DNA from: Candidatus Latescibacterota bacterium | GTDB taxonomy: Bacteria; Latescibacterota; UBA2968; UBA8231 | Assembly: GCA_965203175.1 (NCBI GenBank) | Contig: OZ241867.1 | Location: 1-64,000, forward strand | Reading direction: 5' to 3' | DNA length: 64,000 nt | In this document: positions 9,252 to 18,158 of the stretch, one piece after another | How positions within the stretch are numbered: the stretch's first letter is position 1 | Layout of the letters: every line of letters starts with the position of its first letter | Notes under the pieces: model-generated | Told to the model about the DNA's origin: nothing | The model's database searches: none | What the model saw: only the letters and a program-made list of their open reading frames with translations | Program-made: the position numbers and the translations under genes

Positions 9252-10253
9252 TTAGAGTTCCAATCGCTTGAGCCGGGGATTTTCAGTAAGCCCCGGTATC
9301 CGTCCCCGCTTGGCCACGGGACAACCATCTACTTCCTTAATGTCCGCAGTAAAATCAATCGCCGCGGCGGCACTAATCGCACTACCGACCCCAAAGGCAT
9401 CCACCGGTGCCCCTGCCTCCCGGAAATAGCCGATGCGATCAGCGTCCAAACCGCCGGAGACCGCGATCTTTACATGGCTATGCCCAGCTTGGTCGAGCCG
9501 CGCGCGTACCTCCGCGACCAACTCGGCTGTGACGCGACCGCGCTCGCTGGGAGTATCCAGCCGCACGCCCCACAGCTTCTCGCCTAGGGCTTCTGCCAGC
9601 CGCAGGCTCTCTTCTGCTTCGTCCCTAAAAGTGTCAACCAACGCGATGCGATCGACCTCGGCGTCGATATGGCGGTCAAAAGCCTCGGTTGCCTTGAGCG
9701 TGTCGCCGAGGCACAGAATCAAGGCATGGGGCATAGTCCCGGTTGCCTCAATGCCAGCGAGTGCAGCCCCCTGCGGGGTGGCGCATCCAACGCACCCTCC
9801 AACGATGGCCGCGTATTCCATCCGGGCGCTAACCTCCGGGTGGATGTGCCGAGCGCCGAAGCTGATGATCGGCACCCCGTCGGCTGCGTCCACGCATTCC
9901 GCTGCGGCCGTGGCCCACCCCGTCTCGCTGCTGAGCATCCCCAGCAACGCCGTCTCGTACAGACCGAACTGCCGATAGGGCGCGCGAATCCGCAGTACAA
10001 CTTCGCGCGGCTCGATCCAATCCCCTTCATCCAAGGTCCACACCTCCGCCTCCGCACCGAGCACCTGCCGCAAGAGAGCCTGCGCCTCGCGCATACCGCA
10101 GAGCAGGGCGCGCCGCCGGGTAAACACCTCCATCGCCACGACCGGATTGAGTTGCTCGGCCTCTAGGATGTCGCAACTGCGGCGGAAGTAAATATCCGCG
10201 TTGTCGCCCGTCAGCGTCGCCGCCGAGGGCGCGTATGGGTCGCGCTCTACCAT
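9252..10253 (-). CDS. pncB: Nicotinate phosphoribosyltransferase
   Basis: ADIYF, SFGARH, GTMPHA, GVRLDTP, SGGLD, FGVG; context with pncA and nadE. Confidence 0.88.
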   Translation of the reverse strand: MVERDPYAPSAATLTGDNADIYFRRSCDILEAEQLNPVVAMEVFTRRRALLCGMREAQALLRQVLGAEAEVWTLDEGDWIEPREVVLRIRAPYRQFGLYETALLGMLSSETGWATAAAECVDAADGVPIISFGARHIHPEVSARMEYAAIVGGCVGCATPQGAALAGIEATGTMPHALILCLGDTLKATEAFDRHIDAEVDRIALVDTFRDEAEESLRLAEALGEKLWGVRLDTPSERGRVTAELVAEVRARLDQAGHSHVKIAVSGGLDADRIGYFREAGAPVDAFGVGSAISAAAAIDFTADIKEVDGCPVAKRGRIPGLTENPRLKRLEL

Positions 10254-10780
10254 CAGCGGTTGGTGACCTGTGCCCCGAGGATTTTTTCTATATGCCCCAA
10301 GGCCCATTCGTGTTGTTGGGGATCAAAGCTGGCCACGCAATCGGCCGGTACCTCGACCGGATAGTCGCGGTTGCGCAGCCCGGCCACGGTGTGCAGGACG
10401 CAAATGTCCGTGCAATCGCCCATCACCACGACCTTGTCCGGCGCTAACTCATCCAACATCGCGGCCAACTCGGTCTCGAAAAAAGCGCTGTAGCGCCGCT
10501 TTTTGACAATCTGCGCGTCTTGGGCCAACGGCGCTAGTTCGTCGACAATGTGCTCCTCTTCGCTGCCTTTGATACAGTGCGGAGGAAACATCTCAAACTC
10601 GCGGTCGTCTGCAGTATGGCTGTCCTGGGTAAAAAAGAGCGAGGCTCCAGCGGCTTTTTCGCGCTCGACCCGCGCGGCGATTCGTGGGATTATCTTTCTA
10701 GCGTTGTCCCCGCAGTAGAGCGTCCCGTCTGGACGCATAAAGCCGTTCTGCATATCCACGACAATCACGGCATTAGCCAT
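10253..10780 (-). CDS. pncA: Nicotinamidase / isochorismatase-family cysteine hydrolase
   Basis: VVDMQNGF, DSH, FPPHC, KRRYSAF, GDCTDICV. Confidence 0.85.
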   Translation of the reverse strand: MANAVIVVDMQNGFMRPDGTLYCGDNARKIIPRIAARVEREKAAGASLFFTQDSHTADDREFEMFPPHCIKGSEEEHIVDELAPLAQDAQIVKKRRYSAFFETELAAMLDELAPDKVVVMGDCTDICVLHTVAGLRNRDYPVEVPADCVASFDPQQHEWALGHIEKILGAQVTNR

Positions 10781-10844
10781 CGCCTAATCCTCCGGTTATA
10801 AGATGACAGCTCTATCCGCAAAAATACAATCCTCACAGCGCAAT

Positions 10845-11270
10845 TCAAACCGGCTCAAGTCGATCCTCCACGAGCCGCCGGTAGTAACACCCCGACCGCG
10901 CCCGGCCATCTGCGTCCACGGTGTGGCAGGCCCCTTCCCCCTTGAGCCGGACGCGATACAGCAGCGAATTTTGCTCGCAGTTGACGCGGATTTCTACCAG
11001 CTCGAGCACATTGCCCGAGGTCGCGCCTTTGATCCACAGCTCGTTGCGCGACGTGCTCCAAAACGCGGCTATGCCCTCGCGCCGCGTGTAGTTCAGCGCC
11101 TCTTCATTGGCGTACCCCACGATCAGAACCTCGCCGCTATCCACGTCCTGCGCCACCACCGGTACCAATCCCTCGCCACAGGCCGCAGCCCGCTGCAACT
11201 TGCCAAAATCCAAGGCCAACTGCTGCCCTTCTTCCACTTCCTCGTGCGTCATATTCGCTCGTTCAACCAC
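10845..11270 (-). CDS. hisI: Phosphoribosyl-AMP cyclohydrolase
   Basis: FWSTSRNELWIKGATSGN, NCEQNSL, GACHT...CYYR. Confidence 0.9.
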   Translation of the reverse strand: MVERANMTHEEVEEGQQLALDFGKLQRAAACGEGLVPVVAQDVDSGEVLIVGYANEEALNYTRREGIAAFWSTSRNELWIKGATSGNVLELVEIRVNCEQNSLLYRVRLKGEGACHTVDADGRARSGCYYRRLVEDRLEPV

Positions 11271-11360
11271 GGCGATCTCCCATTGTCAAATCACTCTTAA
11301 CTAGCCTTGCCTCCCCCTCCAAGTCAAGCCTATATTCCCCGCCCGAAAGGACAAAACCCT

Positions 11361-12635
11361 ATGCTTCTCGACACTGCCTACGAAATCGCCACCTCCAACA
11401 TCCGCTTCGGCCCGGGCACCACCAAGGAAATCGGCATGGATCTCAAGGACCGGGGCCTGCAGCGGGTCATGGTTTTGACCGACCCGAACTTGCGCGAACA
11501 AGCGCCAGTGCAGACGGCCTTGGCGGCCATTGCGGAGGCGGGCGTCGAGTACGCGCTGTTCGACCAAGTCCGCGTCGAGCCGACCGACGCCTCGTTCAAG
11601 GCGGCGATTGCATTTGCCGAACAAGGATTTGACGGGTTCGTCGCCATCGGCGGCGGGTCGGTAATGGACACGGCCAAAGCAGCCAACGTGTACACCACGT
11701 ACCCTGCCGATTTTCTCACCTACGTCAACGCGCCCATTGGCCGGGGCGAGCCAGTGCCCGGCCCGCTCAAGCCGCTGATCGCCGTTCCCACCACCGCTGG
11801 CACCGGCAGCGAGACCACAGGCGTGGCGATCTTCGATCTCGTCGAGATGAAGGCCAAAACCGGCATGGCCCACCGCTACATGCGCCCGACCTTGGGCATC
11901 GTCGATCCAGACAACACGCGCTCCATGCCGCCGCAGGTAGCCGCTTCAACCGGCCTCGACGTGCTCTCACACGCCTTGGAGTCGTACACCGCCCTGCCGT
12001 TTGACCAGCGGCCCCGACCCGATCGGCCCCAACTGCGACCGGCCTATCAAGGCTCAAATCCCATCAGCGACTTGTGGGCGTTGGAGGCTTTGCGGTTGGT
12101 GGAGCAATTTCTGCCCCGCGCCGTGGCCGACCCCAGCGACGACGAGGCCCGCAGCGCCATGTGCTTGGCCGCAGCCCTAGCCGGCATTGGCTTTGGCAAC
12201 GCGGGCGTCCACTTGCCGCACGGTATGTCCTATCCGGTGGCTGGCATGGTAGAAAGCTATGTGCCCGAGGGATACGCCATCGATTACCCACTGGTGCCGC
12301 ACGGGTTTGCCGTGATCGTCAACTCACCTGCGGTCTTCCGCTTTACTGCGCCGACTTGCCCCCAGCGGCATTTGCGGGCGGCTGAGGTCTTGGGAGCCGA
12401 TTGCACCGGGGCGAAAGCCGAGGACGCGGGCGCGATCTTAGCCGACCGCATCGTCTCACTGATGCGCCAACTCGGTGCACCCAACGGCCTCAGCGCCCTC
12501 GGCTACGGAAGCCAGCACATCCCGGCGCTGGTCGAAGGCACGCTGCCGCAACACCGAGTGACCAAGCTCTCGCCGCGAGCGGCGGATGCTGAGGAACTGG
12601 CGGGGATTTTTGCGGACGCGCTGAGTTACTGGTAG
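11361..12635 (+). CDS. Hydroxyacid-oxoacid transhydrogenase (iron-containing ADH family)
   Basis: GGGSVMDTAKA, PTTAGTGSE, RPAYQGSNPISD, HLPHGMSYPV. Confidence 0.9.
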   Translation: MLLDTAYEIATSNIRFGPGTTKEIGMDLKDRGLQRVMVLTDPNLREQAPVQTALAAIAEAGVEYALFDQVRVEPTDASFKAAIAFAEQGFDGFVAIGGGSVMDTAKAANVYTTYPADFLTYVNAPIGRGEPVPGPLKPLIAVPTTAGTGSETTGVAIFDLVEMKAKTGMAHRYMRPTLGIVDPDNTRSMPPQVAASTGLDVLSHALESYTALPFDQRPRPDRPQLRPAYQGSNPISDLWALEALRLVEQFLPRAVADPSDDEARSAMCLAAALAGIGFGNAGVHLPHGMSYPVAGMVESYVPEGYAIDYPLVPHGFAVIVNSPAVFRFTAPTCPQRHLRAAEVLGADCTGAKAEDAGAILADRIVSLMRQLGAPNGLSALGYGSQHIPALVEGTLPQHRVTKLSPRAADAEELAGIFADALSYW

Positions 12636-12785
12636 GAAGCCGCTTTTAAGCAAAGAGTAGTCCAATTCTATAGTAGAAGAAGGCGACTCTAACTTCCCAC
12701 GGCGAGACCCCGCCAACCAACCTAAAAAACTCCATCGCACAGATAGGCAAGACAGGATCGACGGTCAAATTGTGTCGCCTTGCGA

Positions 12786-12865
12786 TTTATTCAACAGATT
12801 TGTTGACAACATATTCGTTGAATGCTACTTTATTCAACAGATTTGTTGACAACTATTCTGTTGAA
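12786..12865. repeat. Two 43-bp-period direct repeats containing palindrome TCAACA-N4-TGTTGA; probable operator sites
   Basis: TTTATTCAACAGATTTGTTGACAAC identical at 12786 and 12829, each followed by GTTGAA; directly upstream of ATG 12879. Confidence 0.75.
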
Positions 12866-12878
12866 CAAGGAAAAAGCC

Positions 12879-14123
12879 ATGAGATCATCGACTGGCCGCT
12901 GGGTAAGCGGCGACGACTTTTTTAATCGCGAGCGCGAGTTGCAGATACTGGAGATGCGGGTCCGCGACCGCAACCCCGTATTGCTGACCGGACAGCGGCG
13001 CATGGGAAAGACCAGTATTGCTCAAGAACTCGGGCGACGGCTTGGGACTGAAGGTTGGGTCTTCCTATTCGCCAATGTCGAGAGAGCGACCTGCGCGGAG
13101 GACGCGATCGCATATATCGCAGAGGCCCTGTATCCTATCCGCTCGATCTCGTCGCGCTTTGCCACCGGGCTGAAGCGCTGGTTGAGCGACAACATTGAGG
13201 AAATCAGCGCATACGAATTTCGCACTAAGTTCCGCGCCGGTCTGAATGCCGGAAGCTGGCGACACCAAGGGGAGCAATTGCTCCGTGCAGGTGCCGAACA
13301 GGACAAGCCGGTGCTCCTCGTCATAGACGAACTGCCGATATTCCTCAAGCGTGTGCTTCGCGGGGAAGATGGCTTCCAACGAGTCGATGAGTTCCTTAGT
13401 TGGTTGCGCGGCGTGGTTCAGGCCCTCGGAGACGACTCCCCGGTTCTCATCGTATCCGGTAGCATCGGGCTAGCACCTCTCGTGAAGCGACTAGGCATAC
13501 CCGACCGCATCAACCATCTCGATCCTTTTCGCTTGGGGCCGTGGGATCGCGATACCAGTATCGAGTGTTTTCAACGTCTCGCGGAGAGTTGCGAATTACG
13601 GGTCGAGGACGGCGTGGCAGAAGCGGTGTACGACGCGCTCGGCGTGGGTATTCCCCACCATGTGCAGTCCTTCTTCGCACGGTTGCGGGACCACGCCATT
13701 ATGCAGGGTCGGGACCAAGTGACGGTGACGGATGTTCGGGAGGTCTATCACATGGAACTCCTCGGACCTTCGGGACAGAACGATCTAGTACACTACGAGA
13801 CGCGTCTCAAGGAGGCGTTGGAAGATGAGAGCCACACTATCGCTATGGAGATTCTCGCCGAGGCAGCCACCCAGAAGGTGTTCACACTAAGCGCACAGCG
13901 TTGCCTCGAAGGGCTATACGCCAAGGTGGTTGACGATGCACCTGGCCGTATTGCGGACACACTCGAAATTCTGATGCACGATGGCTATCTCGAAACTAGC
14001 GACGATGGCTATCTCTTCCCGTCGCACTTGCTGAAAGACTGGTGGTCGGCGCGCTTCCGCGACCACCACAAGCCCCTCGAAAGTCGCCGTTTTATAGACG
14101 AATCACAGGGAGGTGTGCAATGA
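12879..14123 (+). CDS. AAA+/STAND-like ATPase (first of a coupled pair)
   Basis: FFNREREL, Walker A GQRRMGKT, Walker B LLVIDE, GIP motif; RBS AAGGA. Confidence 0.85.
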   Translation: MRSSTGRWVSGDDFFNRERELQILEMRVRDRNPVLLTGQRRMGKTSIAQELGRRLGTEGWVFLFANVERATCAEDAIAYIAEALYPIRSISSRFATGLKRWLSDNIEEISAYEFRTKFRAGLNAGSWRHQGEQLLRAGAEQDKPVLLVIDELPIFLKRVLRGEDGFQRVDEFLSWLRGVVQALGDDSPVLIVSGSIGLAPLVKRLGIPDRINHLDPFRLGPWDRDTSIECFQRLAESCELRVEDGVAEAVYDALGVGIPHHVQSFFARLRDHAIMQGRDQVTVTDVREVYHMELLGPSGQNDLVHYETRLKEALEDESHTIAMEILAEAATQKVFTLSAQRCLEGLYAKVVDDAPGRIADTLEILMHDGYLETSDDGYLFPSHLLKDWWSARFRDHHKPLESRRFIDESQGGVQ

Positions 14124-15670
14124 GCAAGTCAGATCAACCAGTCCGCAAGTTCAATCCGGGGACATTCCAATCCGACGAGCAAGTGATAGAGCAGTTCGTG
14201 GTCAGGAAACACGAACTCGATATCGTTCTTGAGATCCTCCGTGGAAACATTGATTCACCCTCGTGCCAGCACGTTCTGGTCGTCGCGCCTCGCGGTCGGG
14301 GAAAGACCATGCTGCTAGCTCGCGTCGCAGCGGAGGTGAACACCGATGACGAATTCTCCAAGTGCCTTTTGCCGGTTCGGTTCATGGAAGAAAGTCACGA
14401 GATATTCAATCTCGCCGATTTCTGGCTCGACACCTTGTTCTACCTTGCGCGGGAGAGCACCAAGCACGATCCCGTACTCGCTGAGGAGTTGCGAAAGACG
14501 CACGCCGATCTGACCAATCGCTGGCACGAGGAGACACTCGCCGACCGCGTCCGTGCTGTTGTCCTAGAGGCGGCGGACCGGCTGGGCAAAAAACTCGTCC
14601 TCATGGTTGAGAACCTACACGCGCTCTGTGGAAACGTGGACAAATATTTCGGCTGGGAGTTGCGCGGCGCACTGCAATCGGACCCCCAGATCATGCTGCT
14701 CGCCACTGCCACGAGTCGCTTTGAGGATCTAGACGACGCGGAGCAGCCGTTCTTTGAGCTATTCCGAATCGTCGATCTGAAGCCGCTCGCCACCGAAGAA
14801 TGCCGTCGTCTGTGGCAGGTCGTCAGCGGTGACGCAATGAGCGAGCGCGAGATTAGGCCGCTCGAGATTCTGACCGGCGGCAATCCCCGTCTCCTAGTCA
14901 TTGTCGCTGGGTTCGCGCTGTATCGCTCCTTGCGTCAGTTGATGGAAGACCTAGTGGAATTGATTGATGAGCACACCGAGTACTTCCGTGGTCGCTTAGA
15001 GGTCTTGGCTAAGGGTGAACGCCGTGTGTATATCTCGGTGATCGACCTGTGGCAACCGTCGGGTACGGGCGAGATCGCGGCGCGAGCGCGCATGGATGTC
15101 CGGGCCGTATCGACCCTACTCGGGCGGCTCGTTAATCGGGGTGCTGTCATCGCGGAAGGGAGCGGCAAGAAGCGGCGATACGCCGCAGCGGAACGTCTCT
15201 ACAGCATCTATTACAAGCTGCGACGCGAGCGCGACGACCCGGCTGTTGTAGAAAACCTGATCCGTTTCATGGTGGCATTTTACGGGACGGGCGAATTGTA
15301 CCAGATGTCCGGGCGGCAGACTTCGGAGACAGCGAAGTCGCAGGTCGTTCGCGAGGGAATAGAACGTCCGGCCACCATGGACGCGTTCCGTTCTGCGTAT
15401 GCCGCGTTCCTACCTAACAACGAAATTACAATGCACGAGATACTACGGCTTGTGCCTGAATTGATTGCAACTAGTGTCTCGGCGCGTGACCTTGTCGAGA
15501 TTCTGGCGAGTGACAAGGCAAAATCCGACGCATTGGTCCCTCTCATCGTTGCCCTGCGCCAGCATATCGGCGAAGCGGTTCGTGCACCTGCGGAGGTCCT
15601 TGAAGTCGCGGCGGATATTCGCGAGCGTATCGAGGCAAGAGCGGCGAAAGATGCTCCCGTGGATTCCTGA
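14120..15670 (+). CDS. AAA+/STAND-like ATPase with winged helix (second of pair)
   Basis: Walker A APRGRGKT, altered Walker B LMVEN, GGNPR, wHTH EIAARARMDVRAVSTLLGRL; ATGA overlap and GGAGG RBS. Confidence 0.82.
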   Translation: MSKSDQPVRKFNPGTFQSDEQVIEQFVVRKHELDIVLEILRGNIDSPSCQHVLVVAPRGRGKTMLLARVAAEVNTDDEFSKCLLPVRFMEESHEIFNLADFWLDTLFYLARESTKHDPVLAEELRKTHADLTNRWHEETLADRVRAVVLEAADRLGKKLVLMVENLHALCGNVDKYFGWELRGALQSDPQIMLLATATSRFEDLDDAEQPFFELFRIVDLKPLATEECRRLWQVVSGDAMSEREIRPLEILTGGNPRLLVIVAGFALYRSLRQLMEDLVELIDEHTEYFRGRLEVLAKGERRVYISVIDLWQPSGTGEIAARARMDVRAVSTLLGRLVNRGAVIAEGSGKKRRYAAAERLYSIYYKLRRERDDPAVVENLIRFMVAFYGTGELYQMSGRQTSETAKSQVVREGIERPATMDAFRSAYAAFLPNNEITMHEILRLVPELIATSVSARDLVEILASDKAKSDALVPLIVALRQHIGEAVRAPAEVLEVAADIRERIEARAAKDAPVDS

Positions 15671-15719
15671 TAGCCTCAGCCGGACGAAACGGGTGATACG
15701 ATAATGGATCGAATGGGTA

Positions 15720-15743
15720 GTAGATATGAAACTACATATCTGC
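15720..15743. promoter_or_regulatory. Inverted repeat AGATATG-N6-CATATCT upstream of the HipA-like gene
   Basis: 7-bp perfect arms about 50 bp before ATG 15794. Confidence 0.35.
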
Positions 15744-15793
15744 TGATAAACGGATATGTAACGGTACGAAGCTAAGGACGCGAAGTTATAGCT

Positions 15794-16687
15794 ATGTCTG
15801 ACCTATACCCAGTCATTGAAGTGACGCGAGAATCGGTCAGAGAGTCCGAGGATATGGGGAGCAAAGATAAGTTCTGGTATTTCCATCCGAAGGCAGAAGA
15901 AGGAGATTGGCTCTTCAAATACCCCCGCCGTAATACAGGGGAACACTGGGCGGAAAAAATTGCCGCCGAGGTCGCGGCCTTACTGGGAATTCAACATGCG
16001 AGGGTGGAATTGGCGGTATTTGAAGAAGACAAAGGATCTGTGACGAAATCGTTCGCACAAGAGGATCAGGAATTGATCCACGGTAATCAGATGTTGGCAA
16101 GAGCCGTCCACAGTTACGACCGCAGGAGAAGATTTCATCAGTCAAGCCATACTTTGGCGAATATCTGGCAGGTAATGGACCGTATTTTTGTAGAGTCTGA
16201 AGACGCAGAACAGGCAAAGCTCTGCCTTGCAGAGTACGTGGTCCTAGACGCGTTGATTGGTAACACAGATCGCCATCACTAGAATTGGGGCATACTACGA
16301 GAGAGGAAGGACGACCACTGGGAAGGGTTCGTGGCACCATCGTTCGACCACGCCTCATCGTTGGGTCGGGAGCTTCAGGATACGCGACGCGCTAGGATAC
16401 TGGCAGAAGATCGCATAGGTGACTATGTTGAAAAAGGACGCGGCGCGATCTACTGGTTGGAGGACGATCGGCGCGGGCCTAGCCCATTAGAATTGGTACG
16501 GCGGGCTACTTGCAACTATTCAGACCTTTTCCGTCCGGCGCTGACGAAACTCGAAAAGTTGGACGAGAGATCCGTGGATAACCTCGTAAACCGTGTGCCT
16601 AGTGATTGGATGCCACCTTCAGCTAGAAAATTCGCGATTGCGCTGATGTGCCATAATCTCGAACAATTGCAGGAGCTTCTCCGATGA
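15794..16687 (+). pseudogene. HipA-like kinase interrupted by an in-frame TAG at 16280-16282
   Basis: GSKDKFW, LFKYP, EHWAEKIA, LDALIGNTDRHH*NWG...APSFDHASSLG all in one frame (297 codons). Confidence 0.88.
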
Positions 16688-17430
16688 GCACGAGAACCTT
16701 ATTTCTGGCTTGGCAGGACAAAAAGCCTAGCAAGGCATGGTTTCCGGTGGGTCGGCTGGATGCTGATGTCGAACGTTCGTTCTATCGCTTTCGCTACATC
16801 GGCGGCGCAAAGAGAGCACAAGAGGAGGTGGGATTCCTTCCGTTGATTGATTTTCCCGATTTGAACGAAGATTATCAGGCCGCGGAGTTGTTTCCGCTAT
16901 TCCAAAATCGGGTTATGAATCCGGCAAGGCCGGACTTTATTGACTATCTTCACAGGCTGGATCTAACCGAGGAAGCTGACCCCATTGAGATTTTGTCCAC
17001 CAACGGAGGCCACCGCGTAACGGACGCTTACGAGGTTTTTCCAAAGATCGAGAAAGACGACACCGGGAGCTTCTCTTGCCGATTTTTTCTACATGGCTGG
17101 CGACATATCAATGAAGCGACTAAAGATCGAATTGACCACCTTGAGCACGGTGAAGAGCTGTACGTCACACTGGAATTGACCAATCCTGCGACCGGGTTGG
17201 CAGTGCAGATGCAGACGACGGATTACTATATGATCGGATGGGCACCGCGTTACTTGGTGGCAGATTTGGTTGCGGCGATAGCCGAAGGGCCTAGTAGATT
17301 TGGGGCGAAAGTGGTACGGATTAACCCTCAGACTATCCTATTGAAGCAGCGCGTATTGATTGAGATGTACGGCTGCTGGGATAAGTACGAACCAATGAGT
17401 AGCGAGGATTTTAAGCCCTTGATCAATTGA
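16684..17430 (+). CDS. HipA N-terminal(HipS)-like plus HIRAN domain protein
   Basis: LFLAWQ, FPVGRL, LFPLFQNRV, FFLHGWRH, IGWAPRYL; ATGA overlap with the kinase. Confidence 0.75.
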   Translation: MSTRTLFLAWQDKKPSKAWFPVGRLDADVERSFYRFRYIGGAKRAQEEVGFLPLIDFPDLNEDYQAAELFPLFQNRVMNPARPDFIDYLHRLDLTEEADPIEILSTNGGHRVTDAYEVFPKIEKDDTGSFSCRFFLHGWRHINEATKDRIDHLEHGEELYVTLELTNPATGLAVQMQTTDYYMIGWAPRYLVADLVAAIAEGPSRFGAKVVRINPQTILLKQRVLIEMYGCWDKYEPMSSEDFKPLIN

Positions 17431-17646
17431 TCGTCCAGCGGAGCTTCCGGCTGATTCTATCCTTCCCGTGGACGTTCACGGAGCAGTTGCAGCTATTATC
17501 CGTAGAAAATTTCTTCTGCTCTTGGCATACCTATCGAAGCTCAATTGATCGATTTCAAGCGCGTTGAAGCCGCGAAAATTCCGTATCTGCAGGCGTTTCA
17601 ACATGGCTTTAGCTCCTCAGTCTTATCGGATTCTTCAGATTATCCA

Positions 17647-17859
17647 TCACAGAAGATTACGAAATTCTTCAACAGTTAATCCTGCGTCTCTTACAATACC
17701 TCCCATAGTAAAGGCATTAACAGGATTGTTCCTTGGGATAGTCAGAATTCGCACTCCATCTGTCATGACGATGTGCTTGCTCTGACGAGCAATGTGAAAA
17801 CCCGCTTTTTCCAAAGCTCGCACCGCATCAAGGTGGTTGACACCCGGAATCTTGGGCAT
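17647..17859 (-). CDS. hicA: HicA family toxin
   Basis: 70 aa; VRALEKAGF..RQSKH....LTIP....GIVRDAGLTVEEF. Confidence 0.88.
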   Translation of the reverse strand: MPKIPGVNHLDAVRALEKAGFHIARQSKHIVMTDGVRILTIPRNNPVNAFTMGGIVRDAGLTVEEFRNLL

Positions 17860-17861
17860 GT

Positions 17862-18083
17862 TTATACAACTAGTTCGATTTCTCGGACTTCGGCATCCTC
17901 CAAAAGTTCTTCTACGACGCTGAGATATTCTCGAATGGCGGCTTCGATATTAGCGAGGGCCTCTTCTTCCGTTCTTCCCTCAGACCAACAACCTGGAAAG
18001 CCAGGGACCGACACGCTATAGCCTTCGTCAGATCGGTGAAGGGCAGTTTTGTACCTCATAATGGTCTCTCTGCGGTTATTCAT
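17862..18083 (-). CDS. hicB: Short HicB family antitoxin (no DNA-binding domain)
   Basis: GYSVSVPGFPGCWSEGRTEEEALANIEAAI; AAGGAGG RBS before ATG 18083 (alternative start 18059). Confidence 0.88.
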   Translation of the reverse strand: MNNRRETIMRYKTALHRSDEGYSVSVPGFPGCWSEGRTEEEALANIEAAIREYLSVVEELLEDAEVREIELVV

Positions 18084-18158
18084 TTGCTCCTCCTTCTCAT
18101 GTGTTGCCGACAAGCGGCGAGCGGATGTATCAGTCGTTTACAAGGTTCTAGCCTTCAC

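Noticed and set aside
12640-12780. Possible IS end or attachment site at the island's left border
   Set aside because: No matching inverted or direct repeat found by eye and no transposase remnant
16280-16282. Pyrrolysine recoding of the TAG in the HipA-like kinase
   Set aside because: Position fits Glu (GAG) by one substitution; no pyl genes or methylamine methyltransferase context
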